A stretch of 64,000 bases of DNA from Ptychomitrium polyphyllum (GCA_973851085.1 OZ316775.1:21638001-21702000); one strand, 5' to 3'. Shown: positions 39,738-52,795, numbered from the stretch's first letter. Made by a program: numbers and translations. Notes: generated by a model from the letters alone, not told the origin.

Positions 39738-41402
39738 TCAAATCTCAATGGCATGCAAAAAATGAGCCACACCAACAAACCCAGCTTGCCTTTTAATGCT
39801 CTTCCATTCACTTTTACACTTCTTCGTCACGGATCTCTCAGCTGGCTTGTACAAAAAAATCCCATACCCTAATTCTTCACTGTTGCGAGATGGTCCTGCT
39901 ATGAAAATTGCATCGTCCACCACCGCTACACACACAGGGTTAACTTCACTGTCGGGAATGGACTCCACAACCGACCATGCTCCAGTAACAGCACTATAGC
40001 TGCAGAGGCTCTGCCCATTCAAGGTGTACAGCTTCCCAAACATGACCGCAAAGGGACCTGCTGGACGGGAGGATTGGGTATCCAGCGACCACATGCCTTC
40101 AAGCAAAGTCCAGGATTTTGTTGATGAATTGTAGACCTCGGCACTCTGGGTGAACTGGCCTTGAGAGTTTGTGGAGTAGCCACTGACGACGTAGAAGTTT
40201 CCTTCGAGGCATATCCCTGTGGATTCGTCTCGCTCTTGGTTCATGGGAGCGAGTGGCGCCCACTGATCGGTGTCTATGCTGTAAACCTCAGCTGATTTGA
40301 GGGCAGTTTTGCCGTTGTTGTGGCCTCCTGCAACAAAGATGTAGTTATCTACAGCTGCGCAGGCGAAGAAGGAACGGTTGGTTAGCATGGGAGCTCCTCG
40401 TGACCAGGTTTGAGTGACGAAGTTGAAGATGTACACTGCTTGAAGACTCTCGTACGTTGCTGGATTACATCCTCCAAGAACAACGAGCTTCCCATCCACA
40501 GCAACTAGTCTGTAAATTGAACACACACTCGTTAATGTCCCATGTCAAACCTCTGAGCTCACAAACCAATTTTGCAAACACAAACTAAGAATATAATCTC
40601 AATAAAAGGAACTGACATTTCAGTTACACCGATCAAGCGCTACAGGACGATTTCTTTTCCAAGTAATCACAGATTGCAGTACCAACCAATGCCTTGAATA
40701 AGCAGGCAACAAACTCTTACTAATCCTTCATACTTCTTAATCATAAATTGAGCTGAATTTGAAATGTGACTTGAGCAAATCCAATCAAAGCATTTAGGAT
40801 AGAACAATTCTATTGAGGGTTAAAGATTTCAAATTGAGAGAGGACAAAATGACCATTAAAACCTAATGATTTGGTCTCTTGTTTCTTCACCTAGGCGGTT
40901 GGGCAACCGGAGAAAAAATCGATCCAAAGCATGTGATAAAGGTAATCAAACCAACTGAGACTCAATCCCGGAAAAGAATAACAAGGATACAAGGCGGATG
41001 AGGGAGGCACCTGCTGAAAAGAGGGAGGCCTTCAGGGAAATCAGGAATGGAAGGGAGACGCTCCCACGTCCTCTGCTGCACATTCAAAACACTGATCCCG
41101 AACACGGGCGAGCGCTTAACCAATGCAGGAGAGGCGGGGAGTTTCCCCGCCGCCGCCGATGGCAGAGGCTCTATAGCTTGCAACATACACACAAACCTCT
41201 CACTCGTGCCCTCGCGCTTCCGTTCCTCATAATACTGCGGACTATTCACAAGCTCCCGCCACCTCCTCGACACTCGCTGCAACTGAGCGTGCGACTGAGG
41301 CGGCACTCGCAATAGACACTGGATCGCGACGTCGTCGGGCAGAGCCGGTATCAGCCCCACATCACCCGCCATCACCATCTCCTCGTAATCCACGTCCCTC
41401 AT
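39738..41402 (-). CDS. F-box/kelch-repeat protein; exons 41402-41011 and 40509-39738
   Basis: F-box LIPALPDDVAIQCLLRVP..VSRRW; kelch repeats (LVVLGG, RSFFACA, IFVAGGH, SAEVY..W, YVVSGY). GT-AG intron joins AG+A = Arg in frame. Confidence 0.94.
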
Positions 41403-43471
41403 CCAAAAAACCACAGATCCACTCTCCTAATCCCAACGTCCTCGCAATCCAAGCTCCCAAAATCCAAAGCCGACCTCCAACAACCAACACAACTCTCGAA
41501 AAATCCAATCTTCGATCCAATCGAAAACTCAACCACCCCAAAAACCTTCAGTTGGAGCTGTTTTCTTTCTGACACAGTGACGCTCTTCGAAACTAGACAC
41601 AAACCCTCCACCAATTGACGATCGGTATTCGAGATGATGTTCGCTTTCCTGAAGACTTGGAACTTGAGAGAGCCCAGCGAACAAACAGGCTGTGAATGAA
41701 CTGTCCTGCAGGGAAGCTGAGCATATAAGCAGCTAGTAGAGGGCGGACAGCAGCGTTGTAACTGCGCTCCGGAACATGTCTAGGAACAACTTGACTAGTA
41801 TGCTGCATGTTGGCATGTGACTCACGACACCATCACCAACCTAAGCCAACAATCAAGCGTGTTACTGATTCTAATCCTAGAGGTGGCGGACTGTGGCGGT
41901 AATCTGCCACCAAAGCTTCTAGAGCTCCCGGGCTGCTCCGTCTCGGAAAGGGCCCCCACAGTCCTGGCACCCTGCTAGAGGTTCAACGCATGGATGTCAC
42001 CGTGCGTAGGATGGATGAGGGCGATTTGCTGTGGATGTAAGCCGGCCCAGGGGTGGATAGGGTGGCACAGCTCCACGTGGACTGTAATCCGTGGATGGAT
42101 AAACATGCCGTTTGGTTTAGGAATCTCGTGGTCTGTCTGGGATGGATGTAGGAAATGACTTTTTCCTTGGGAATCGTGACGAGGAATGGAAAGTTCAAAG
42201 GTTTGGTTTCTTTTCTTTTCTTTTTTTCCGACATTCTATCCTTTTTATTTGCATTTGCAAAGGGGTGCGAACCATTTTTTATAGTGTGTGACTTTTACAT
42301 TTTTAAAAAGAGTATGAATTTTACAGTGCCTATGAATTAATAGACTATCAAAATTTTGATGTTTTTAAAAGTTTACACATAATGGAATTAAAAGTCACAT
42401 GTTGAGTCCCCAAAATACAATTTAGGACAACTTACTTCAAAGAAGTACATGGTAGAATCCAAAAAAAAAAAGAATGAACAAGAAACAAATTGAATAATAT
42501 GAGAGAAAAACTCAAAAATAATTAAAAGCTTGCTTTTGAAAGGTTTTTGAAGCGTGTCTTAATACTTACCATGAATTTTGAGTGTTTAAGTAGCTCCCTT
42601 ATTTTCTTGGTATAATTTTGTAGTTTGAAGTGAATTTTGTTGTAATCCCTTTGCTCTTAGATGTGTTTTATAATTTAAAGTGAATTTTGGAAAATTTCAT
42701 GACTTAAAATTGTAGAATAAAAACATGGTAAAATATTTATTTTTAAAAATTTATTTTTAAATACACTCTTTCTTAATGAATAATTCTAATGTATTTAAGA
42801 ACATTTAAATTTTGAAATAACTTATAAAATTTTAAGTTTGAACTTTTTATATTTTAATTTCAATGTGATTGATTAAAATTAAAGACTATATTTTTAAATA
42901 GATGGAAGAGCAATAAAAATATTGATAAAATCATTTCTATTTGTTTCCATAAATAAGTTTTATACTACTAAGACATTTTTAAAGTATTTTGTATGTCAAT
43001 CTAAATTCAAATTGATAGAGTTTTTTAAAAAAAGTGCATATAATTTTATTTTAAAAAAGTTTGGATTAAAACAAAACTAAAAGAAATTTTATGCATACTT
43101 TAGTATATTTTTTACTTATGTTTCATTCATTCAATTTTATTTATTGTTAATCTTTTACATATTGAGATAAAGATGAATTAATTTTGATTATTTAAAAATG
43201 TTATAATAGCCTACTACAAACTTTATCAAAATTTGTTATAATAGGTATTATTTGTACCAGTGATAGAAGAATCTTTGAATTTTGTTAAAAAAAAATTAAG
43301 GTTTTACTTAAAATGAGGATATAGAGAAAATAATTATATGAAGATTTCATGTATAGTAACAACATGACAGTTTTGCTACTAATTAATTCTAAGAAAATCA
43401 CTACTTTGAGAAATAATTTTAAAATAAAGAATTAATTTTAAAAAAATTAATTTAAAAAAAAAATTTAAAAA

Positions 43472-43475
<4 letters not shown>

Positions 43476-43512
<37 letters not shown>
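43476..43512. repeat. (AT)n microsatellite
   Basis: Uninterrupted AT dinucleotide run. Confidence 0.95.
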
Positions 43513-43513
<1 letters not shown>

Positions 43514-46500
43514 CCTTTTAATAATTAATACTTAAAAATAACAATAAAACATTTGTAAAAGAAACAACAATCTTGTTATGTGAGTATTGTCTAACTTCTA
43601 CAATACAACACCTATTCATATGACGATTTTGATTATACAATCAAAATCTTAGATACCAAACTTTAAAGCTATAAACTTCCTTCATGTTATAATTGTGACA
43701 TAAGTAACATGCTATTTTAAAACACTGAATTGTCATATTTTAGAAGGAATTAATGTTCATTGTGAATAATAAAACATGCATTTAAAAGCGCTTAAAATTT
43801 AAATTTAAAAACTTAATTTCATTACTAATGTAAATATTAACAAAGAAAATGTGTTAGCTACTTGAATACCAATTTTTAAAGGATGTAAAAAACACAATAT
43901 ATTCCAAGAAACCTTAGAATGGAAGGAGGAGCAGAAAAATGACATTATTGTATACAATTTAAAAAGAACTTTTAATAAAAATTCTTCAATTTCATCTACA
44001 TCTTCATTATAATTTTTGATGTTTCCTTAATTATTGAAATGGCACTATTTGTGGTATACATTCTATAATTTGAATTAATTTGGGTAAGAATTTCTCATGT
44101 TTGAGGAACTTTTGGAACTAAAGGTCATAAACAATAGAAGAGAATTCTTACATAGCATTCTGAGCCCATAGTCTTGGAGGTTTTTCTAAGTTCAAGAAGA
44201 TACCATTTTGAATATTCTAAAGACTAAGTTCCTCAAACATGTAATACACCCTTCAAAAATTCTAAGATTTTTTTGATAATTGTCAAGAACTTAGTGAAAT
44301 AAAAAGGTAGCCACTGGATAGTGTGAACGGAATATGTAATTACATTACAGGTCCGCTGTTTTTTCTTAAGAAAAAGAAACCTGAAAGAAAACACTTGAAA
44401 GGCCCATTTTGCATATAGCAAAGGATGCAGAACCAAATGCTTCTCACTAACATCGTGTATTTTCTTCCCGAGGTGAAAGTGGGATTCCACTTGGCAGCAT
44501 TGTTATGGTTGGAGAGGCAGGAACCGCCGTCCAAACACAGGTCATGCTTCGTGTCGGCACGATGCCGAAGATTCTTTGCAGATGCAAGGCTAATGCACCA
44601 ATCTCTTCACATATTTATTGTAAATTCTGGACCTGAGCCTTGCCCCTACATCGGAAATCTCCTTGTGGTGTGTTTGTGGTGTGTTGTTTGCACAGCTTTA
44701 GAGCCTCCCTTGGTAAGCAACTCCGAATCTGCTCCCCATTGACAAGTGCAAGGCTTACTGGCCACAATCGAAAAGAGTTATGTCCACCAAATACATTAAT
44801 GTATACTTGATTGCACCTTGCACATTTTGGTGAGATGGTGTAACTGAAGCATACATTGCCACTTGCCACTTGTCACTCAGCTGTTGTCAGTTGACCTCAA
44901 TAAAGCATGGTTGGAATAATAGTACTTTTGCATGATAAAGATTAGAATGGGATGGAAATTTTTACTACTACATGATGAGCATATTATGAATAGAATTGTC
45001 AATATTTCTTGGATTTATGCTAATTTTGACCTTATTGTTGTATAAGTGAAGTTGATTTTTTGAAGATTCAATGTGCTTCTACGGATTGAAGATTCATATT
45101 TAAAAAGGTTTGATAGGATATCTTATTGTGTTTATAAATAGACATAATATGTAGGTGTGCGTATGTGTATGTTTTGGATGATTCACTCAAATAAAAAAAA
45201 ATTCATTCTTATACACCATGCAAATAATAATATAAATGCAAAAAAATTCTTAAAGAGCCCTTGTTGTGAATTAAGTGCAACCAAATGACAATAATGCCTA
45301 AAACTTCAAGCCATGACTTTATTAGAGATTAATGCAAATATTTTACATTGAATTTGGTGGTTTAATATTTATTTTCAAGTCTAGAATTATTAAAACTTAT
45401 TTTGAATTAGTCTCTTTTGACTTTTTTTTATTTTCAAAGCTAATCAAATAAGATTTTCTAATTATTGGAGTAAATAAATTTTAGTAAAGGCATCTTCTTG
45501 GAAAAACACAAATAACAATCAAAATACATTTTAAATAATCTACTTTGTATCCTTGGAAACAATTGAAAACTTGACCAATTGGAACATGGTTCAATATCTT
45601 TGTTCTTTATTGAATAAGATATAAAAAATAAAAAACACTCAAATAATAAAAATAAGGTGCTAAAAGCAACAAACACTTAGTGTCTTTTAGCTCCAAAAGG
45701 CATCAACTTACAATTTTTGTATCCTTGGGTAATTGAAAGTTTAAGAGGTTTTTTTCAAATTTAATGATTGATATCAAAGAAAAACACTAGATTGGATTCC
45801 AACTAAAATCTAGTTACTAAGGTAAATCTCTTATACTAGACTTAAATAATTTGAAGATTTGGAAAGAAATTTAATAGAGAGGAACTTAGCTTTGGACACA
45901 ATTTGCTTTGCAAACTCTGAGCTATTTTTGGACATTGAAAGCCTGTTTCTGAATACATCAACTCAAAATTCAATATTTTTCTACTGCCTCAAATGGTAAA
46001 TTTCAAGATTGGATTGCTGAATTTTGCACCAATTTTGCTAAGGCCCATATTGATTTTGATTTGAAGAATAAATAAGGTCAAAGTGCTGATAATTGTACAA
46101 TACTTGGTGTCAAGAGTTGCTATTGAGATCTACAGATTCCTGGCTTTTGGCATTGGAAATGATACAAAGATTTGGAAGTACGGAGCTGTGTTGCTGTCCA
46201 TTTGTGCAAATTGCATGCAAGATTACCATCTTTAATGCTTACAAGCAAATTCCTCTTTTCTTCTTTCTATTTTCTCCTCCTGTTACCTACTTGTGAGCTA
46301 TGGAATTAACACATTATGGTTTTTTCATTTAAAAATTGCTAAAAGGTAATATATGTAGATAGAATTAGGCCTAATTAGGATCAAAGGGCCAAATTAGGGG
46401 TATAGTTGATCTTTAAGAAGGTCTTTGTGTAATTTGAAAAAAACATTCATGACTTATGATGGTTAAGTCCAATAAATAGAGAAAATTAGAGAAAGAGGAA

Positions 46501-46549
46501 TAAGTTTTCAAAATTAGACAAATAGGAAGTGAGGTAACTAGGTAAGGAG

Positions 46550-46960
46550 TTACTACTAATTAGAATAGTAGCTAAAATTAAAATAGCAGCTGAAGCTTAG
46601 GAATAGCATCTAAAAATAGAACAAAATAGCTAAATTTAGAACTAACTATTAAAATCTAGAATTTATTCAAACTTAGAATAACAACTAAATTTAGAATAGC
46701 CGCCAAATCTAGATAATAGCTAAATTTAGAATATTGGATATATTTAAATTAATAGCTAAAAGCTTAAAATAGCTAAATTTAGAATTATGATTAAATTAAA
46801 AATAATAGCTACAATTAGATTAGTTGCTAAATTTTCAGAAATTAGTTAATTTTAGAGTAGGAGCTTAGGGTTAGTGCAGCAACTACGTTTAAAGTAGTGG
46901 TTGAAATTTAAAAAATTAATTACATTTAGAACAAGGGTTAAATTTAGAACAATAGTTACA
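46550..46960. repeat. Degenerate AT-rich short tandem array (AATAGCTAAATTTAG-like)
   Basis: Many imperfect copies of AATAGCTAAATTTAG; probably part of an old TE. Confidence 0.65.
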
Positions 46961-47504
46961 TATAGGAGAAGGTCAAAATATGGATTAAGATCAAGCGGTC
47001 TAAAAATTTCAGCAGCCAATGGGAATGGAGTAGGTTGTGAGGTTCCTTGTAAAAAGGGAAGTAGGGAAGCAAAGACACGGAGTTTTTAAGCAAAGTTTAG
47101 TTGTGAATACTCCATTATTTTTAGCAAAAGAGATTTTGTTAAAAAAACAAATAGAGTTAAATTTAGAAACTAGGTTTAAAAGTTAGGATTTGAAGTTAGG
47201 GTTTGAAGTTAGAAATTGAAATTAGGTTTTGAAAATAAGTTGTGGAGTTAATTGACACATTTAGTTTTTAACAAATAGGAGTTAATTATGAGCAAAGAAG
47301 ATTTAGGTGTTAGTAATTGGATTTGGTGTAGTTATGGAATTTTTTGAAGGAGATAAGAAGATATGGTTAGAACTAGGGAAAAGAAGGCTGTAGCTTAGAA
47401 TTGCGATTATAGCTAGAGTAAAAAGGGGTTGAAAGTGAAATTTAATAAACACAAACTAGACACAATAGGATTCTAGAAAACTAAGGCTTGTATAATTTGA
47501 CTAA

Positions 47505-47912
47505 AGGACAAGGAAGATACAACCGCCAAAGTGCAAAGGTGTCCGCTGCCAACATTGTATTAAAGCATCAACTTTGGAGCACAAGATCTTAGAGCTAGAA
47601 ACAACTTTGAAGGCCAAATTTGGTGAGCATAAGATTTGTCAAGTTTATTTTCTATTAATCAAAGCTTTACTTCATTCCAAGTAAAGACAAGGGAGATACA
47701 ACCGTCAAAGTGCAAGGGAGTCTGCTGCCAATACAGTACTAAAGCACCAACATCAAAGGGCAAGATCTTGGAGTTGGAGTTGAATCAAATTTTGAATTTT
47801 GGAAGGAAGGAGCATTATGAAACTACCTTTTTAAAGAGCTTGGATTTGAGGAGTTTGGAGCGATGAAATAGAAGATACAGCTGCCAAAGTGCAAAAGGGT
47901 CCAGCTGTCCCT
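47505..47912. repeat. 179-bp-period degenerate tandem repeat (2 units plus partial third)
   Basis: GATACA(A/G)C(C/T)G(C/T)CAAAGTGCAA anchor at 47516, 47695 and 47874. Confidence 0.8.
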
Positions 47913-48293
47913 ATTAGGTCAAGTTATGGACCAAGGTCCTTTTTATTTTGCAATGTTGATTACATATGTATATTGTTCCTACAAGTGTATGCATGTATGA
48001 ATGTTATTACTTTGTTAGATTAGGGTGTCTATTTCTTGGAGGCTTTTAGGATCTCAACTCTCAAATGATTCAACTCTATAGTTTTTCTCACCTATACTGA
48101 TGGAATTGCTCATATGACTCTATATTATGTGTTAAGTGTATTATTATTGGTAAAATAAAAAATTAGATTAAGTTAAATGTCTTTTACATCAACTACAACG
48201 CAAGTTTTATACATTATATACATGTGTAAGAATGTGTGAATTAGTAAGTCCTCCAAATAGTGGAAGTTTTATTTAATTCACACTACTCCTTAT

Positions 48294-48415
48294 AACACCA
48301 TATTCATTATAATGATAAATTCCAAAATTTCAAATGTCAATGTTGTACATTGATTATGTAGTCACTAAATAATCCCAAAATTACTATTTAGTTCCATTTT
48401 AATGAGTATGGTGTT
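48294..48415. mobile_element. MITE-like short TIR element, copy 2
   Basis: TIRs AACACCATATTCATTATAATG / CATTTTAATGAGTATGGTGTT, ~120 bp, non-coding. Confidence 0.65.
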
Positions 48416-48640
48416 TTGTGATGTTGGTTCAGTGGATATCGGTATCATGCACTCACACTGAAAAGTATTCGCCGCCTTTGCCGTTCAGTACTACGGTATA
48501 CCTCCATCATCCTAATTCTTTGGGATCCTGCAACACGTTGTTGCAAGAAATGCGGATTTGATGAGAGTGTGCTTGATTAAGGCTCTCTTTCTCTACTTAT
48601 GAAGCCGTGGTTACGGCGTTTGACAGTTTGTTTCAGGTGA

Positions 48641-48849
48641 TATCTTTGGGCATCAGAGGGTGAATATCCTGAACAATCGCTACGTTTGTAGCTGGCATGG
48701 TCTCAGGATCTCAGTCTTTCACGATGGCTTGCGACGTTGCTCAGTCACCAGGGATCAAAGCTCATCTCGCTTGTCCGAGCCGTCAGCACTAAGGGCGCAT
48801 GGGAGGTAGGGAATGCGTCTCCCTGCCCGGCCCCTCATGCTGCCCGGTG
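48641..48849 (+). repeat. GC-rich repeat, left arm of an inverted pair
   Basis: Reverse-complement match to 50108-50315; about 35 differences in ~209 nt by manual alignment. Confidence 0.9.
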
Positions 48850-48912
48850 CGGGGGGCCGTCTAGTGCGGGGACCTCCCCCGCTTCCAGGAAAGGGACGTC
48901 TGCCGCTCCCCA

Positions 48913-49825
48913 TGTCTTATTACCTATGCTAAATCTCCAGTCAGAGAGCCTGCTGAAGGAGCGGTAGAACAGCAGGCGCAAAAAATAGCAAGGCATATGG
49001 GAGAACAAGGTATCAAGTTGGATGTGGTCGTGGTCCGTAATGGTCAAAACTTTCTGACAAACTCTGCTGCATTGTAAAAGAATGAGGCGCTTAGATATCT
49101 TCAAATTGCATACGCAAACAGAAGTAGGTACTGCATGGAGTGCAATGTCCATGCTCAAAATCATGAGGCCTCACGACGTTTCATCAATAACTTTACATCG
49201 TGGATACTTTGAGATTACACCATCCTTGACTGTGAAGGTTCCACATAATCCTTTTTGCTGTTCTTCTAATTACAATCTAGAATTGGCAGAACAAAAATTA
49301 TCTGATTAGACAATTTCAATTTGCATTTGGTTATTGTTCCTGACGGATCTGGACTTTCATGAACTCGTGAAGGGTTTACTTATCGTAAGGGAGTACATCT
49401 CCGAGAATATACTAGTATCACATATTTACGCAATAATGCTACACTTGTTTCCAGTTTTGCAATTGAAATTTTACATTAGTTGTTTCGAAAGCAGTTCATA
49501 GATCATCTGAAATTTCCTGCATTCAATTATGTCTGCAGATTGGGGTCTATGAGAAGACTGCCGAGGAAATATCCTCTACATTAAAAAAGCATTCTGACCA
49601 AGCACCCGCTTCTGAATCTTATGCAATTCGTGAAGTCAAGGTGGACGTCAAGTACAAAAATTCAGAGAATCCAGATATGTCTATTCCTCCTGAGCAAAGG
49701 ACCAAAGCATATAAGTATGGAAACAATAACAATCCTCTTTCTCAAGCAATTGAAGATGCCCTCAAGTTCAACCCGGAAAAGGCTATTAAGCTTATTGGTA
49801 TGGTGACAAGCTCTAAGACTCTTCG
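48913..49825 (+). pseudogene. KU80: Ku80 gene fragment (two exons 48913-49237 and 49539-49825 with intron)
   Basis: CLITYAKSPVREPAEG..IARHMGEQGIKLDVVVVR; TLHRGYFEITPSLTVK; VYEKTAEE..TLKKHSDQAP..EVKVDVKYK..PPEQRTKAYKYG..LKFNPEKAIKLIG match plant Ku80 vWA-end/core. Stop at 49075-49077, a nearby frameshift, and no 5' or 3' exons. Confidence 0.88.
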
Positions 49826-50107
49826 GTGTGTTGATAAATTGAACTTCATCCATCACACTTGTATGTGTTGTCTTCTCGTCAAAGAGGAAAGAGACAAATT
49901 GATATGTGTCTTGGGAACTTTTGTATTGCAGTTTAAGGACCAACCTTATGTGTCTTTGCCCTCTTCTGATGTCAGATATGAATAGCCTGGCCCCGACATG
50001 TAGGAGTTCCAGTTCAAGTGTTTCACCTCGATGCCAGAGTCTTCACAACCAAATAAGAGAGGGAGGATGCCCAGCGCCTCGGAGAAGGGGAGTGGGGCTC
50101 ATCCCAA

Positions 50108-50315
50108 CACCGAGCAGCATGAGGGGCCAGGCAAGGAAGTGCAGTCCATATCGCCCATGCGCCCTTAATGCTGACGACTCGGATAAATGAGATGAGTTTC
50201 GGTCTTTGGTATCTGAGCAACATCCAAGCCTTCTTAAAAGGCTGAGATCCTGAGACCATGCCAGCTGCAGACGTAGCGATTGTTCAGGATACTCACCTTC
50301 TCATGCCTAAAGGTA
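50108..50315 (-). repeat. GC-rich repeat, right arm of an inverted pair
   Basis: Inverted homolog of 48641-48849; weaker similarity extends inward to ~50052. Confidence 0.9.
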
Positions 50316-51429
50316 CAGTCCTTACCTTAATGCAGAGGGCGGGTGGGGTGGAGTGTTGTCGGAACTCTAAATTATTTCGCAGCCCTGCGAATCTCGTCAC
50401 TTCGTTTCATCATGTTGTTGGTACGCACTCTTTATGTTCTGTTCGTGGCCTTTAGTTTTCACTCTTATGTACATTGCTGTGATCTGGGTGAAAAATCCGA
50501 GGATTTTTGGTGTGTTGGATTCAGGTGGGGTTTTTATGGTATTTTTGTCGGTTGGATCTTGTCGGTATTAAGAGATTATGTGTTTCTTCTGTTGTTTTGA
50601 AGGTGTAGTAATGTGGCTTGTTTCAAATACTAGGTTTATCAATAGAATGAATGAAGGGTGTGCTGGTCGTTCGTTCTTAGATGCATAGTACTTGACCTAC
50701 CGCATGCCAACTAGGAATGGGTGTGATTTAAGCGTCTTTGTAATGAAGTGAAGGTATAACTAATTATCTTCCAGATCCTTGGATACTTATAGATTAAATC
50801 TTGTCTGCATGGCTACACCGCAGACTAAATCAAACAGGTTATGAAGTAGGTGCACGGGGGTTGTTGATTGCGTTTGTCAGTATTGATGATATTATTTTGA
50901 AGCTCAAAGTTGTCACACAATAATTAGTACTATGAATTATGCAGGAATGTCTAAGCCTTCATAAGGAGCTTGAGACATATGGTTGAGGCATGTCTTATGA
51001 ACACATGGTTTGAGGTGAAAATGTGCATGTAGTTATTAGGAAGTGAATTTTGCAAGTATAATGAATATGTGGATGCAAAGAGAATGGATTATGTGGGGGT
51101 ATGAATCACAGTTTAATAATTCTTGTACACCTCCATCAACTCTTTTTCCTTTATTTACAATTGGTACCAATTTTATTGTAGTATTAGTGGCAATATGATA
51201 AAAACCATAGGAAGTGATATTACGCCTTTCAAGAAATTTCCTCTAACGGAAGGTATAAGAAGTACAACCAATGTAGACTTCATTTTTTTCATTGTTGGTC
51301 ATTTAAGTACCAAATCTTAGTGGTTTTATCATGGTCATTGTGATGACCTTGTATGCATGTTGTAGCAAATACTAATTAAAGTTATATGTTGAAGTTAGTT
51401 GAAGCAATTTATTAGTTGTTGTGAAGATG

Positions 51430-52795
51430 AATTCAAATACTTCAATGTTTTATTGATTCATAGAGGCCTTGATATATAGAGTAGGCTTTTTGTATGAAGG
51501 CTTAGAAGATGCATTGCAATTGTTTTTAGATTGTAAAGCCATTGATAAGATTCAAAATGCTTGGACATACATTAAACTTATTATTGAAACAACCCCAATA
51601 ATAGTGGTCATATTTTTTGAAAAGTTTTGCACAATTTGAATAGTATATAATAAATTACATATAAAGTTGCGTACTCTTGATGTCAAGGTTCTATCAATAT
51701 TTTACAAAATTCATCTATAAGTAGTGAATCTTCCAAAAATGTCAAATAGTAATTGGATATGAAAAGTTGAAAGAAAAGCATGAAGAAGTTTTCATTGAGT
51801 AATGAAGATAGGATTTGAAATGAACTTCAAAGTTGAATGGTTGGACATAGAAAATAACTACCAAAGATAGATGTATAGTAGATATGTATAACATGTTCTA
51901 AGAAATTACAAAGCTTGATTTATATTGTGATTGTAATTGGATAGTGTGTCTTTTTGGTTGTAGGTTGGAAGAAGATTTTAGCAAAGGAGATTGTTGGAAA
52001 GGTACTTGAATTGACCAATAAGTCATCTTGCTCAATATAATTAAATATATCATTGGGGTTGATTGAATGGTAAAGGTTTGTGTGAAACAACCTTTCAAAA
52101 TAGGAGTGTATTTGAGAACTCAATTTTATTTCAAATCAATCAAGAAGTACTTCTTTTTTTTCAAAAGTTGAATAGTAAAGATTTTAAACAAGTAGTTACA
52201 TCTTATGCATTTTGAAGTTGTTTGAAAGTGAAACTAGTGTTTAAAAAGCTTGTTGTAGCCATTAGCATTACATATGGTGGAGTTCCTTTGGTACTAAAAG
52301 TTTGTGGAGTTATTTTAATAGCTGTCACTGGATTTGGGTGCATGCATGTTTGGTCTAAATCTTTAATAGCCTAAACCTGTATGTGTAGTGGTAGCCAAAT
52401 TCTCTTCAGACTTTGACAACTTCAACTATTATTGCAGTCCTGTAAATGAGCTTGTTGTTTTTCATATGGAAGACTTGCACATGTTGATGTTCAATGAGTG
52501 CATAAACATGACATTGTCGCTTCAAAAACAATTGAGTTGGACAACAACAACTTTCGTTTTGGACAGAGAGAATCACTTTTCCTATTTTACTTCCAAACAA
52601 TAAGTGCAAAATTTACTGTGCTATCAAATATGTGGGCTTCTTAGAAATCGAAAGGACTTGAATTTTGCACTTTTGAGGATTGAAAGTATGCCCAAGCGAT
52701 TTAAAGAGCTGAGCAACTTGGATTTGTTGAAGCTGAGCTCATGTGAACAGCTTAAGGAGCTACTCCATATCCCTTGTGAGTTTCAGAAATTTTAG
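51430..52795 (+). pseudogene. Heavily decayed TIR-NB-ARC-LRR resistance-gene-like pseudogene
   Basis: TIR remnants FNVLLIHRG.D, GFLYEGLEDALQLFLDCKAID..IVVIFFEKF, KVLSIFY; GLPL-like GGVPLVLKVCG at ~52276-52308; LRR-like IESMPKRFKELSNLDLLKLSSCEQLKEL. Many stops and deletions. Confidence 0.75.

Noticed and set aside
44340..44870. GC-richer island with 64-105 aa ORFs
   Set aside because: No motif or splice-consistent gene model could be supported.
20965..45072. Short dispersed similarities (20965-21030 vs 45005-45072; 37685-37745 vs 43853-43910)
   Set aside because: Look like old TE debris; termini and family cannot be defined from this window.
47180..47235. Telomere-like TTAGGG words
   Set aside because: They belong to a degenerate 13-bp repeat (TTAGGGTTTGAAG), not a TTTAGGG array.
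48690..48740. HDV-like ribozyme (GCTGGCATGGTCTCAG resembles the HDV 5' end)
   Set aside because: Downstream P1/P3/P1.1/P4 elements cannot be formed; the similarity is limited to ~16 nt.
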